Part shown: piece after piece, positions 1 to 13,580 of the stretch
Layout of the letters: every line of letters starts with the position of its first letter
Numbering within the stretch: the stretch's first letter is position 1
Made by a program: the position numbers and the translations under genes
The notes under the pieces: generated by a model
The model's database searches: none
Told to the model about the DNA's origin: nothing
The model's input: only the letters and a program-made list of their open reading frames with translations
Assembly: GCA_951406725.2 (NCBI GenBank)
Contig: OX597826.1
Span: forward strand, 15,438,001 to 15,502,000
Direction: 5' to 3'
Length of the DNA: 64,000 nucleotides
Source of the DNA: Octopus vulgaris
Taxonomy: Eukaryota

Positions 1-56
1 TATCAATGCTAACCCCTTCGTGAACTTTACCACCATCAACGATGACCACCACCAGC

Positions 57-87
<31 letters not shown>

Positions 88-300
88 CTACCAGTAACAA
101 TCCCTAACGACGATGACAACCAACAACACTAATTCTCTATCACCACCACCACTACATCATCTACGTCCGTACCATCGTCACTACAACCACCACCACCACC
201 AGTAACAAAATGCACCAAACTATCCCCACCATCGTCATCATAAAACAGATTTCACTTGTTGCTACTGCTGATGGTGATGATGAAGATGATGCTGATGTTT
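1..300. repeat. Degenerate (ACC)n/(ATC)n/(TGA)n trinucleotide microsatellite
   Basis: Runs of caccaccacc and gatgatgaag seen directly. Confidence 0.85.
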
Positions 301-1639
301 CTGGTATATGTGCCTAATTTCTAAGAATTGGTTAATCACTTAAAAGTCGTTACTGTTAAGTGATTAGCCAATCAGAGCATATGATGGAATAGATGTGAGA
401 GACTGATACACACACACACACACACATACACACACACATACATGTGCCTGTGTATGGGAAGACAGAAAGAGAAAGAGAGAGAGAGAGAGAGAGAGGGAGA
501 GAAAGGAAGAGAACGGATATTTTGAGAGTCAAAGAAAGTTGTTGCTTAGCCGCAGGTAAGCTCTGACCATTCTGCTTGTTTTTTTTTTCTCTTTTCTTTT
601 CATACATTGCATACTTAGGACTACATTATCCAGTGTGTCTTTCTTTTCTCTAAGATGGTAGGATGTGATCTGAGATAGATTTCCGAGCAGCCATGTAGAA
701 GTTCCATTGTAGGCCCTGTGGCGATATGATAATGCGTCTGACTCAAGTTTAAATATTGTAAAATTAGAATGAGATATAGAGAGAATCAAACTGATAAAGG
801 AGAAGAGAGAGAGAGAGAGAGTGAGAGGGGGAGGAGGAGTGAAAGGGAGTGAGAGAGATGTGGTAGGACAGACAAGTAAAGTGTATTTGTAGAAAGAGAC
901 AAAGATATGAGGAAGAATGCTCAGATATCGTAGTCATTGTGGTGAATGGGAATATATAACTGAATGTGATTCACGTAATGGCGGCTCCATAAAAATGTCA
1001 GCCATTTTACTCTTATATCAGTATTGAAATGTATAGTAGTCTCAATGTGAGCATTGCGTTTGTCATGTGAACGGCAAGAGGATCAACAGCAAGGAGAATA
1101 AAAAATTTAAGTTGGAGGAGAAGGAGGAGGAGGAGGAGAAGAAAAAGAAAAGAAGAAAAAGGATGACGTTGAGAAAAATAACGATGGCAATAACCACGAT
1201 AAAGAAAGTGAATTGATCACAACAATAGCGAGAGAAGCAGCAACAGTAGTAGCAACAACAAACAAAATATTCACTAAAAAAAAAAAAGAGAGAAAAAAAA
1301 TCAGTTGTAACCATAGAAACTCCAGCAATGACAACAAAAGTAACGATATCAACAATAATATAATTAGACAGACTAACAAAATAAATAAAAATAGCAACTT
1401 TACGAAGAGAACCAAACCGGCAGTATCAGCAGCAGTAGCAACGGCAGTAGCATTAGCAACAGACACACCATTTAGAAAAGTCAATACGAGAGTCTGGACC
1501 TGCTGGAAGTAACAATCTAATATGTCTCAAATCACGCATCATGACCTAAATATAGAAGGATATATTAGATAATGTCGACTAAAGTATATTATGTCGTAAA
1601 AAAATGGCGGAACGGAATTGGCTGGAAAATGTTTCATCA

Positions 1640-2010
1640 TTGTCGCGTGGAAGGTGTTTATAAGCCATTTAAGAAACACATAAAAACTGTTAAATTCACT
1701 TCAACATTTAAATTTAATTTGTCAAAATATTTTCGTCGCTTTGAGACCGCGACCAGTTCACTGACAAAACTCCGTACTGCATTTGTCAGTGAACAGGTCG
1801 CGGTCTCAAAGCGACGAAAATATTTTGACAAATTAAATCTAAATGTTGAAGTGAATCTAACGGCTTTTGTGTGTTTCTTAAATGGCTTATAAACACCTTC
1901 CATGCTGCAATTGTTTTCGTTCCAGTACATGATCTCAGACCAAGTCACTCGCTCTGCAAGTACATCTCCGTGATTTTTCATCATTATTCTGCGAAAAATA
2001 CAATATATAT
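1640..2010. mobile_element. Penelope-like element terminal repeat (pLTR) remnant in inverted, fold-back configuration
   Basis: Arms ~1640-1768 and ~1782-1910 are near-perfect reverse complements. The right arm runs on to ~1990 and matches a dispersed copy at 58222-58445. Each arm carries a hammerhead-like motif and the element ends near a TA run. Confidence 0.7.
1782..1832 (+). ncRNA. Minimal type-I hammerhead ribozyme-like motif, G3-C8 core variant
   Basis: tttgtca GTGAACA g gtcgc ggtctcaaa gcgac GAA AATATT T tgacaaa: 7-bp helix I, 5-bp helix II, palindromic AATATT helix III, UUU triplet, one extra G before helix II. Confidence 0.55.
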
Positions 2011-2899
2011 ATGTTGCAGTAAAACCTAGCATAAAACAACAAGAGCTGCAGTAGAGATGATGAGGCACACTCACGCACACGCACACACAAACACACACAC
2101 ACACACACACTCACACATTTTATGATTTAGTGAGTGGAGAAAGCATAGTGCCTCGAAATTTGAAATCCTTTCTTGTCTTTCATGACTGGTGAAATAATGA
2201 CAGAAAGTTACCTTCTGATGAGAGATATGGCCTGAATGCTTGTATCGGAATGGATTTCGGTAAAATACCCTCGATGGAATTAAGCGGAACTACCAATCAA
2301 AAACAGGAACGATATTTCCAACGAGATTTTGTACGGACAAGTTTACTTGCCAAGTGCCATTCACGAGGAACAAAGCACTTGCTTCAGCTGTTTTACAGTG
2401 GAATCAATTCCGGAACCACCTTGTTAACTTCTTAACTATATGTGAATATCCACTGCGATAATATGAACACAACACAGCTGTTGCAATAAAGCCAGGACGC
2501 TAGTTGTCGAGGCTTAGAAGGAAATATTCACCAATCTCTTAAAAATAGCTGCCAACAATATCTCAAATCACCACCTATTCCTAGAAAATAAAATTTAATC
2601 GAACTGGATAATGTCGTTCAGACGTGAGAATTCTCTGGGGTGAGGAAGGAGAAGAAGCTCGCAACCGGAATACTTTTGATCGTTCATCTGCTCAATTAGC
2701 ACCGGCTTTAGACTTAATAAGACCACAATTTAGAACAGAGGCACAGAGACTAGAAGTCAACAACAAAAAAAAAACAAACAGATACAATAATCCACCGTTA
2801 TCAGCAGCAACAATCAATGGACATAATAACAGCAACAAGTACAATAGGCATAACAATGCAGGAATGCCAGCAGCTACGAGAATAGATTTCACAACACTG

Positions 2900-3500
2900 C
2901 AAACATGGCGTGGAAAATAGAGATAACAACACAGCAATAATAGAAGTAACAAGAAGAAAATATATAATAGTTCAATAAACGTAAGAATTTGAATACATTT
3001 ACCAACACAAAATCTGCAGTAACAGCAACAATAGTAACAAGAACAGATTATAGCAGTTGCATCAAGGACAATAGACATAGCACAACAATAGCAACTAGAG
3101 CAACAGATATTAACAAGAGTAATAAGGAATAGCAGCACAACTTCAATACAACAGCAACAATAATGAAATCCAAACTACAATTATGTCAACCACAACGGAG
3201 TTAAGAATTTATATATAACAATGCAGTAACAAATACGAAACCATTAACAGTTGCAACGAAAAAACATGGCATTACAAGAGTAAGAATAAGATTAAAAGCT
3301 TTATAACACAAGGGTAGGGTTGGGGTTAGGGTTAGGGTTAGGGAACAATACACAAGGCATACCAATGGCAACTAAAAGAAACAACACTAACAACAAGACC
3401 AATAGACACATCACAACAATAGCAACTTGAACAGCAATAAACAGTAGAAAAAGGAAGAGGCATAACAACGCGCTAACAACAGTATCAAAAGGAAAACACT
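2900..3500. repeat. Low-complexity AAC/AGC-rich region with internal degenerate duplications
   Basis: caatagaca..cacaacaatagcaact occurs at ~3069 and ~3400. Confidence 0.6.
3311..3343 (+). repeat. Short interstitial telomere-like (TTAGGG)n
   Basis: agggtagggttggggttagggttagggttaggg. Confidence 0.75.
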
Positions 3501-3522
3501 TGTTACATCAGCATCAAACAGC

Positions 3523-3881
3523 GTGGAGGCGCAATGACCCAATGGTTAGGGCAGCGGACTCGCGGTCGGAGGATTGCGGTTTCGATTCCCAGACCGGGCG
3601 TTGTGTGTGTTTATTGAGCGAAAACGCCTAAAGCTCCATGATGCTCCGGCAGTGGGTGGTGGCGACCCCTGTTGTACTCTTTCGCTACAACTTTCTCTCA
3701 CTCTTTCTTGCTGTTTCTTGTCCCCGACTTCCTACGCAACCGCTGAGCCTGGATGCGTATTCATCCATCCGTCGGTGCTCTCGATGTCGGGGGTTGACCT
3801 GCTTCTTCTTCTGCGGGTCTTACGAATAGCTAAGGACCACGTTTCGGACTTCTCCCACTGGGCGAAGACCGCTACGCTCAA
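3523..3881 (+). mobile_element. tRNA-derived SINE, family A, tail type 1
   Basis: A-box-like tgacccaatggttagg and B-box-like gtttcgattcc; 14-bp TSD cagcatcaaacagc at 3509-3522 and 3882-3895; head shared with the copies at 13194 and 22716. Confidence 0.9.
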
Positions 3882-4299
3882 CAGCATCAAACAGCAACAA
3901 CATTAGGTATAACGCAACGTGAATAAGAATCGGAGTTAACAAAATGCAGCGTGAAGAAAAACAGTATCAATATAAACAATACAGAAGAAAACAACAACAA
4001 CAAAACCGTTAATAAAGAGAACAATCGGCAAAATAATGAATCAACAACAATGACAAGATGAACAATAAACGACAATGGTTTATTTTCTTATTATAATGAC
4101 AATAGTTACATGAGTATCAACAAAAACAATTACAATTAATATTTTAGTTTAACTTTAGTAGCCTCCTAGTCTTACTTTAATTGTTTTGGAAAACTTAAAA
4201 TAAGAAACACAATCAAGAAATAACAGTATGGACATTGTAATAGTAGAATACAAAAATAAAATATTTTGAGCGATGGTTATCAACTATCTTAGTCTATCA

Positions 4300-6800
4300 A
4301 GAACAAAAGATTCAAGAGACCAGTGTAATATATACGAGATAAACACTGTGAGAACCTTATAGTTTAACACGTTACATCACAAGAATCTCTGCACGCACTT
4401 CGTTCAGACGGCCACAGTCAGTTTTTCGATATGATAACCCTTCAACGTAATACAAAACGAACGAGCTAATTTGAGAGCCAGTGCGCAGTTGTTGGATCTG
4501 TTGAATACCAGCCAATATATTCTTACCATTTTAACAAAAGGACAATTTGATTGTGCGATGTGGGTTATATTGTATCCAAAGAAAGACGAGATGATCATGA
4601 CTGCAATGCATTTCATAACAGAGGTTTGTTGAACCACAGCTGAGTGTAACATCAAGACCTGCAGAAGCAGCAGCTATATTTCTAACGGAAAAGGTAGATT
4701 GAAACAGTAGCATTAATGGTACAAAGAACCGAATAGAATTCTACCTTCTTGGACGTCTCAATTTCTAGAAATCAGTGTGTAAAATGTAATAAAAAAACAA
4801 AGCCTAAACTTCTCGGAATTTCTCAAAGCCAAGCACCAATTTTTATCCGTGCTTTTTTTTAACCCTATTATTCAATAAGTTTTGGATACTCTGAGATGGC
4901 TCAAATCAAACATAAAAAGTCAATCCCATTACTTTTGTACAGCCTTGCAGGTTGGGGTTGGTGAAATAAACAAAAAATAAAAATATTGAGTGTTACAGAA
5001 AATAGTTCAACCAGATCGATTGCATTGCTTTAAGAAGTATATATTGCTGATCACATTCTCCCTCAAATTTGATCGCAATTTTGTAACAAAGGCTCCTACC
5101 AGGAAAAAAGATTTTTATTGCATCACTGGAAGTGCAAAGAATAGTTCTAGGAACACAGAACAGTGATTTCAAATATTTCCTGTGTCTGACACTGATATTA
5201 AGAGACCGAACAGTTTTAGAGGACTGAAGTCTTTCTTCATTGTCTTCAACAGCCTTCTAAATGGTCGCATTTAATCTCCTCTCAGAGAGTGTACTTCAAT
5301 TACAATGGGTTCGGATTTGGAAAAGTAAGACTGGAATATTTCTGACTAAATGATGATCATTCATTCATCTGCTTTCTTTGTGATATTTTGCAGAGTAGTT
5401 TTGATATAAAACTTAAAAAGAATGAAGTACTTCCAGTGTACACTAAGAGGATTATTAAACATTTCGTTAATATAATCAGATTTTTATTTCTCCTCTGTTC
5501 GATTCTTTTGTTGACTTTCTCTCATCAATAGATGCATTGGGGTATTTTGTCCGTTCAATTAATCTAGAATAAAAACAAATAAGATTTCAGCAGAGATCAA
5601 TGTTGTATCCCTTCGACTCAGTATTTCATCTCCAATGTTAATTCGCTCCACTGCTGACACAACAGCATGAACAATAGTAAACTGAGCAACTCAAATGTCA
5701 AGAGGTTAATTCATATCGATTATATTAGAACAATATAATTTTTAAGGGGGAATAACCTTTATAACATTGCAAATGAATTATTCCAATTTGTCCGAGTTGA
5801 TTGAATACAACTCATGACCACCTCTTTAACATATTTCTGAAGTATTTTATTCTATGTTGGAGGCCTACAAAATAAATTGGTAATTGTTCTCACTTTTTCA
5901 ATGACGTTGCTGATGGTTAAATCTTCACCCGCAGAAGATTCTTTCTGAACGGAAGTTACTTCACTAAGTTCAAATGATAACATTATAGCCTATAGTTTTT
6001 AATTATTACTCTCGAATATGCTTTTAAACAGTTGCTGTTGTAGCAAGAGTGAGTTCGTTTTATTTTTATTCAGTTGTCTTGTCAAGATCACAAGCAGCCA
6101 AATGATGCCGACATGTGAAATACAATTGTTACCTGCATTTAATATCCATACCAAATTTATCCATGATAGCTTGCTGCATCACCTACGACTGCCGCTACAC
6201 ATACCAACAGAGGTCGAATACATGTTTTATATCTAAAAGTTCAAAAATTCAATAAAAATAGAGATCATTCCTAAATTCCAGAATTTACGTGAATTTACTT
6301 TCAAATATTTACGATTATAGTAAGATGCATATCCACCATAAGAAATATTGAATTTTTCAGAGTTCCTCTATTAGATATTTCACTAATCGCCTTCTTTTCA
6401 AATCATATTGACTTTGAACTATCTGCGTTAAATGAGAACCATTCTTTGGTATAACCAAACCTTTAACTGTAATAGATTCCAGAATAAAAGCGTTTTTCAC
6501 TATCGCATTAATGGAAAAATCAAACAATAGCAACTAATTTGGATACAATTTCTTCTAGAGTTTCACTCAGTTTTCTATAAAGAAAGTTATTTTCTATTTG
6601 TTGATTCTTTCCGAAGGAGATTCGTCTGTTTCTGTTGTACAATTTATGAGAAAATGTCTTTGCTAAGGCTCTTTAAATAACATAAAAGACTGCTGGTTGA
6701 ACCGATCGAGTACATTAGAATGGTCATGCAATTTATAATTAGATTTTAAATAATACGGACAGAATGCACAGGAAATTGAATGCAATCATGTGAACTCCCG
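4300..6800 (-). pseudogene. Highly decayed retroelement coding region, possibly Ty3/Gypsy gag-pol
   Basis: Microsatellite-free block. Hand translation of the minus strand gives fragments resembling Gypsy motifs (SPTPTCKAVQK-MGLTFY ~4960-4910, FSKSEPIVIEV..GD.R..RRL ~5325-5240, IMDKFGMDI ~6170), with many stops and frameshifts. Confidence 0.3.
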
Positions 6801-7272
6801 TTTGCATTTGTTGCAAAATTTCCTGGGAATCCTGTGAGTGAAGACTTAATGTAATCACCCTTGTCGTAATAAGTACTTTGAAAAACATAGAACCCACATT
6901 AAAGTATTAACACCCTCATGAAAGTAACACTCACATTAAAGTACCAATCACATCAAAATAGTTTGAACGAATGCACATTAGACTAACAGTTACTTCAGGG
7001 TGTCACCTGCAGAATGAGTCATCTACAAAAGATTAACTCTTGCAATATATATACAAGCCACGGAGTATCATCCACAAGTGTAATACACACACAGAATAGT
7101 ACGGCATACATGTAGTGAGTTAACAGTAACTGCAGATTAACAATAGGGGTTCTTCAATAATTAGGAGTTGTTCAATTAAGGAACTCTCTGTTATACATTG
7201 CTACTCACAATGATATTCTGAACAACTAAACAGTATTGGTTGTTGAAGATGACATTCCACGATACAGTACTG

Positions 7273-7420
7273 TGAAAGGCGCATGGGCTAGTGGTTAGGA
7301 TGCTGCACACACAATCACGAGGTCGTAGTTTCGATTCCCAAATCGGCAATACTTTGTGTTTTGCGCAAAACACTGCATTTCACGTTGGTCCACTCCACTC
7401 AGCTGTAAATAAATAACCTT
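7273..7420 (+). mobile_element. Old tRNA-derived SINE (family D), 5' part
   Basis: gggctagtggttagg ... gtttcgattcc boxes, then ccactcagctgtaaat; related decayed copies at ~23672-23900 (+) and ~44600-44690 (-). Confidence 0.65.
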
Positions 7421-9189
7421 GGCGCACAAGGTAAGATGGTGACTCAGGAAAATCATCTGAACGGAGGTCATGTTAGCCATGTTTTGCATACAGTGATCGA
7501 AAGTGTGAACAGTCCACTTCTTATGAATCCCGACTGGTTGAGACTAGATATGCAATCACCTCAAAGGTCTTTTCCATAAGCGTTTCCATAGTAATTGGTG
7601 AACTTTCTGGATTGGTACTCTCTGGTACACCTTCACAGGTGTCATTTTTCTTCCCAGGCACATCGTTTCTCTGCTGAGTCTTTTTATTCTAATAGCATTT
7701 TCCCCCAACTGCTGATCTCTAGAACTCACTACCATTGTCTTGTCTCTCTCTGAGCTATAGTATTTATTCCTTTAAGCTCTCTGGCAATCAATATATTTTG
7801 AATTTCTGGGGCCTCTTTTCTCCTTCTTTGTAATTCCTTACGCTACAAGTGACCTCAATCCGTGCTCGAAACAAAATTGAATTAAAAATTATTACACTGC
7901 ATAATAAGTATTGATCTTTAGATCTCACTGAACGAGGTACTAACCACAGAGCAGTGTTGATCAAAAATCTAATTTCACAAGTTAAGATACTGACCAGGAT
8001 ACACTAAATTCAAAATTAGCAGGCTATCAAAGTTACAGAGGAAAGCTCAACATGGTCACTGGCATACCTAGGAATAACAGTCGCATCGCTATCAAATATC
8101 ACCCTACTGTCATCCATGTGATATATTGGATGCCTGGTTATAACCGTGCAAACATTTGTATTTTTATCAGCGATGAATGTGTATCCTACGATACAGACAA
8201 TGAAGCGACACTTTTCAATGCTGTATTGCCGTTAAAACAGCAGAAAAACTGGGTATCAATACTCTTACGAAGAGGAAAAACCCACATTCCCCAAGTCACT
8301 GGCTGAGTGCTTTACCATGAAGCTAAACTGCCCGCTGACAACATTTTGGGCGATTTTAACGCTAAATAAATAGTTTATTGAAATGTAACAACCACATCTA
8401 TTTATATATAATTGTATATACATGTATATTTATATTTACGTATGTTTACAAAGATCTACATGCATGACACTGTATCAATACAAGACAGCTGTTTACTTTC
8501 CAGTGTTATTTTCGATCGCAGGTGTACACATCTTCGTAATTAAATCTAAATTTAGAATATTAATCACAATTATATTTACATACACTTCAGCCCTATAATC
8601 ACTGTGGTTACTTCAGTTGCTAAACAGAAAACCGACTCATCTCATGCGATCATGTTTATTGTCACTGACTTTAAAAACACCGGACGTCGTTCAATACTGA
8701 CCATTGCTCATTCATTCGGGGGTTGAGGTGGGAATTAGGATTGACGGTCACCTTGAACGAGGTTTGCCTTCAAGTGACAAGTGATCAATCCTAAAGCGTG
8801 TAAAACTATACGTAAACTTGTGCTTCGCTCATGGCAGTGTTTTTGTAAACTGTTTGAAGCATGACAACTGCCCCAGCAGAAAACAGAATTTCATGGAAAC
8901 ACGCCGTTTCTTCGCTTCAGCCATCGAAGAAATCAACAAACAGGGTAGAAGCACTGCAAGACAAAAATGCATTGTGGGACATTACGACTCCACTGGAAGA
9001 CACCGGTCGGCAGACTAATGCCCCAGGGCTGCATCAAGTGACATCTAGTGGTGGAAGCCTGAACTACAACGGGCTTGTCCCATAGAAAATGCTTCCGGTC
9101 ACATTTGGGTACCTTTTCGTGTGTATGAGTATAAGTGTATATGTGTGTGTGTGTGTGTGGATATATATATATATATGCATGTATGTAGG

Positions 9190-9290
<101 letters not shown>

Positions 9291-9294
9291 TATA

Positions 9295-9499
9295 TTAAAT
9301 TAGAGATAAAACCACTATTAGGCAAATCATACAATGAAAAACTTAAGCCAATACATAATATTAATTAATTTATATTATTTTAAATATATATCAAAATTAT
9401 TAAAAAAAGATAATTAGTATAACACTACGATCGTTTCATGGCTGTTCAATTCTTAAAATTTCGATTTACAGTCATTCTTCAGGTGATTTAAATATTTAA

Positions 9500-9505
<6 letters not shown>
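9295..9505 (-). mobile_element. Penelope-type terminal remnant between (TA)n tracts
   Basis: Flanked by (TA)n on both sides and contains a canonical minimal hammerhead. Confidence 0.65.
9421..9487 (-). ncRNA. Minimal type-I hammerhead ribozyme, canonical core
   Basis: Minus strand reads atcac CTGAAGA atgactgt..acagccat GAA AC GATC GT A gtgtt; palindromic ACGATCGT helix III, GUA cleavage triplet. Confidence 0.75.
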
Positions 9506-9536
<31 letters not shown>

Positions 9537-9892
9537 GTCGTCACCAACTGTGTAAACAACATGGAGTACGAAAACAAACGAGTTAAATACGCAGACAACG
9601 AGAGAAAAACATATGGAAAACAAGACATGTAAACAACCCTTCATCTGTTGTCAGCTCTCTATCTGCTCCTCATTTCCAGCATTCAATGGCAATATAAGTG
9701 TTGAAAGACAGTTGCTCCCATAAATTCCCAAATAAAATTTGGGATGTATGGAGGGTCAAAGTTTGGAACAAAAATTGGACAATGGAGACATACAAGGAAA
9801 CCGAACGAAAACAGACATGGAAGGTAGTTAGACCTGAACGAGAGGAAAATAATGAACGCGATGTACATGTATATCTAAATATACATATGTAT

Positions 9893-9933
<41 letters not shown>

Positions 9934-10081
9934 TATGTGTGTGTGTATATGTATAGCTCTCTTATCTGTTCTTTGATATCGAACTTGCTCTTCCTTCCAA
10001 CACCCCAACTATCCAAATGCAAAATTGGCATGATTTAATTTCTCTGTCTGAAGAATATCTAAAAGGAACTTCCTTCATGTA

Positions 10082-10298
10082 CAGTAATCCCACACCATAT
10101 CGCGGTTCACTTATCGCGGGTCACATATCGCAGTTTATTAGTTAAGCTTACGTCGATTCCTCCGTGATGTTGTTTAGCATTTATAATAAAATAAACATAT
10201 ACAGATTATAAAAAATAAATAAACAGTACAGTACTGTTTCTGCTTCTCGGATTTCCACGTTTTAGGACGTAACATCCGCGATAGTCGAGAGATTACTG
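10082..10298. mobile_element. pogo/Tigger-like (Tc1/mariner) MITE
   Basis: Imperfect TIRs cagtaatccc..tatcgcgg / ccgcgata..gagattactg, flanked by TA on both sides. Confidence 0.8.
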
Positions 10299-10681
10299 TA
10301 TATCAAATGTATTAAACTTTGTAAATCCTATTAGCAAATGAAGCATGTGCCTTGGTAAAGAAGTAGAACCAGTAAATGTTTCTTCTTCCTGTTTTGTTAT
10401 ACTATAATTCTGCAAATAATATTTTCAGAATTTTCAACGTTCATTTGTACTTTTCACCTAAGCATCAGGGAAAGAATCTAAGTTTGGATTGTAATAACAG
10501 AATAAGCAGATGTGCTTCAAGATGAAACATCTAGGAGTTTGCCCTACCTATTTACATTATATGTATGTAGGTATGTATGTGAATATGTATTCAGATATAT
10601 ATGTATTTATACATACATGCATATATATATGTGTGTGTGTGTATGTATGTATGTATGTATGTATGTATGTATGTATGTATG

Positions 10682-10766
<85 letters not shown>

Positions 10767-11222
10767 CAGCTTAGAGAAGAAGAAACGAAACGAAGCGAAA
10801 CGAATCGAATCGAATCGACGCGAGGGCGCTCAGTTTTTAATTGTATTGTTTTTACGTCCTGTTTTTGTCACATTTTTTTCCTAGTTTTTACCCCTCTGCA
10901 AAGGAATTTTATTTAATTCTTTCGCAGGAAGGATTAGTTCGGCGAGAGGTTTTCTGTTCTCACCTTCGAAACACGCTGGAGTTGAACTAGGGACAGCTGA
11001 TGAAGAGGATTTTTCCTTGTGTAGTTGTCTTGTACTCTGTTTTTTCGTTGTAAAAAAATGGTCCGTTCCATGCTGTTTTTACTTTTTCGTTTCTCGTTGA
11101 GTTCTACGTCTATTTGTGGTGTCCTGTACACACGTATATATATTTATATATGCATGTATATATACATGTAGATGTAGGTACGTACATATATGTTTGTATG
11201 TATGCATATATTTTATTTATTA

Positions 11223-11283
<61 letters not shown>

Positions 11284-11284
<1 letters not shown>

Positions 11285-11465
11285 TCTTTTATTCTTTTAC
11301 CGCTTTCTGTCATTTGATTGCAGCCATGCTGAAACACCGCCTTCAGTCAAACAAATCGACCCAATTATTTATTCTATCGGACTGTTGTAGCCAAACTGCT
11401 AATTTATGGGGATGTCAACACACCAACATCGGTTGTCAAGCGATGGTGGAGGAAAACGGGCACCC
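11284..11465 (-). mobile_element. SINE family C (CORE-like octopus SINE), 3' part
   Basis: Reverse complement of the ...cagcatggccgcagtcaaatgactgaaac tail seen at 47293-47735. Confidence 0.8.
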
Positions 11466-11550
11466 ATATATTCATATATATCTATATGCATATATATGTA
11501 CACACACACACACACACACACACACATTTATATACATGCATACATACAAA

Positions 11551-11685
11551 GGCGCAGGAGTGGGTGTGTGATAAGTAGCTTGCTTAGCAACCACATGGTT
11601 CCGGGTTCAGTCCTACTGTGTAGCATCTTGGGCCGACCAAAGTGAGTGGATTCGGTAGAGAGAAACTAAAAGGAGCCCGTTGTAT
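11551..11685 (+). mobile_element. SINE family C, 5' part
   Basis: ggcgcaggagtgg...ccgggttcagtcc head. Confidence 0.85.
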
Positions 11686-11732
11686 ATATTTATATATATA
11701 TATACATACATACATACACTCACATATATTCC

Positions 11733-11787
<55 letters not shown>

Positions 11788-11829
11788 TATATATGCATAT
11801 ATATATGTATATATATATGTATATATATG

Positions 11830-11870
<41 letters not shown>

Positions 11871-11966
11871 TATCTATTTACAGATAGAAATATACGTGTG
11901 TGTACGTGTCTCTTTACCAATCCATCTATCAGTCAATCTCACTCACTCTCTCTCTTTCTTTCTCTT

Positions 11967-12012
<46 letters not shown>

Positions 12013-12449
12013 TTAAATGAGACTAATAAGGCATTTTACTTCATTTGGCTGCGAAATATTTTTAGTTTGGGTATCAAATTCTTTGATGAACAACATATTT
12101 ATGTCTTCTCCGATATCTTGCTGCTAAAAGCACACGTGTGTTCGGTCCCGTTCTTTAATGCCTGCCAATACGCATTTAAATATCTATACATAAAGAAAAT
12201 TCCAGTTTTGTGTGTTAATTTGATTTATCTTAGGGTAGTTTATACCAATATTTGAGAGTGGATACATATCTTTTTTATGATTTGTGTGTGTGTGTAAATA
12301 CTTTACATATGAAACATTTCTATGCATTCTCCCTTTTCTAATAAATTTGATAGATGCAATAATTATGGCATGAATTATACATACCTGAATACACCCATAC
12401 ATGCATATATGTGTGTGTATTTGTGTGTGTGCGTATGTATGTATGTACG

Positions 12450-12495
<46 letters not shown>

Positions 12496-12496
12496 C

Positions 12497-12533
<37 letters not shown>

Positions 12534-12647
12534 CATAAATGCTTATAGATATATAAGCATTTATGTACATAAATATATATATATGTATATATGTATGCAT
12601 TTGTGTGCATGTATGCATCTGTGTCCATGTATGTATTATGTATGTGA

Positions 12648-12691
<44 letters not shown>

Positions 12692-12697
12692 AATAAG

Positions 12698-12735
<38 letters not shown>

Positions 12736-13193
12736 TATGTATATATATATATATATATATATATCTTTAAATCCTTAAAAATGTTTTAGCCCGAAGGCCG
12801 CGGCCATATATATATATATACATATACATACATACATACATACATACATACACACACACATACACATTAACAAACCACTTATTGTATTGAGGTGAAAATT
12901 ATAAATCCAGGGAAGACGTATCACAAAGTAATAAAAAAAATCAGAGATAGACAGAAAATATCAGAGAAAAAAAAAGGTAACAGTTGCGTAGGAAGACCGA
13001 TATGGAGAATAAGAGAGAAATTGTCACACAGACTGATTTCTGCATGCGTGTATTTTGAGTGTATACGTGAGTTTGTGTTTTGTGCATTCGTTTGTATTGT
13101 GGGGAGAGAAAGGGCAGCTATTGCTTGACTGGTTGACACAGTGTGAAGGAACTCAGTGGATATTAGAACCAATGAAGCCATAGGCACCTAGAA

Positions 13194-13580
13194 GTGGAGG
13201 CGCAATGGCCCAGTGGTTAGGGCAGCGGACTCGCGGTCGTAGGATCGCGGTTTCGATTCCCAGACCGGGCGTTGTGAGTGTTTATTGAACGAAAACACCT
13301 AAAGCTCCACGAGGCTCCGGCAGGGGATGGTGGTGATCCCTGCTGTACTCTTTCACCACAACTTTCTCTCACTCTTTCTTCCTGTTTCTGTTGTACCTGT
13401 ATTTCAAAGGGCCGGCCTTGTCACTCTCTGTGTCACGCTGAATATCCCCGAGAACTACGTTAAGGGTACACGTGTCTGTGGAGTGCTCAGTCACTTACAC
13501 GTTAATTTCACGAGCAGGCTATTCCGTTGGTCGGATCAATCGGAACCCTCATCGTCGTAACCGACGGAGTGCTTCCATCC
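13194..13580 (+). mobile_element. tRNA-derived SINE, family A, tail type 2
   Basis: tggcccagtggttagg / gtttcgattcc boxes; TSD aggcacc(t/a)aga at 13182-13192 and 13581-13591. Confidence 0.9.

Noticed and set aside
1572-2110. Overlapping antisense ORFs with near-identical peptides
   Set aside because: Artefact of the DNA fold-back
3523-3600. tRNA gene candidates (also at 13194, 22716, 7273, 47293)
   Set aside because: They are SINE heads that run on into SINE bodies with TSDs; no complete cloverleaf
9540-11130. CTGATGAAG/CTGAAGA motifs at ~9640, ~10048 and ~10997
   Set aside because: No matching GAAA-NUH half nearby; probably PLE-type remnants but not supportable as ribozymes
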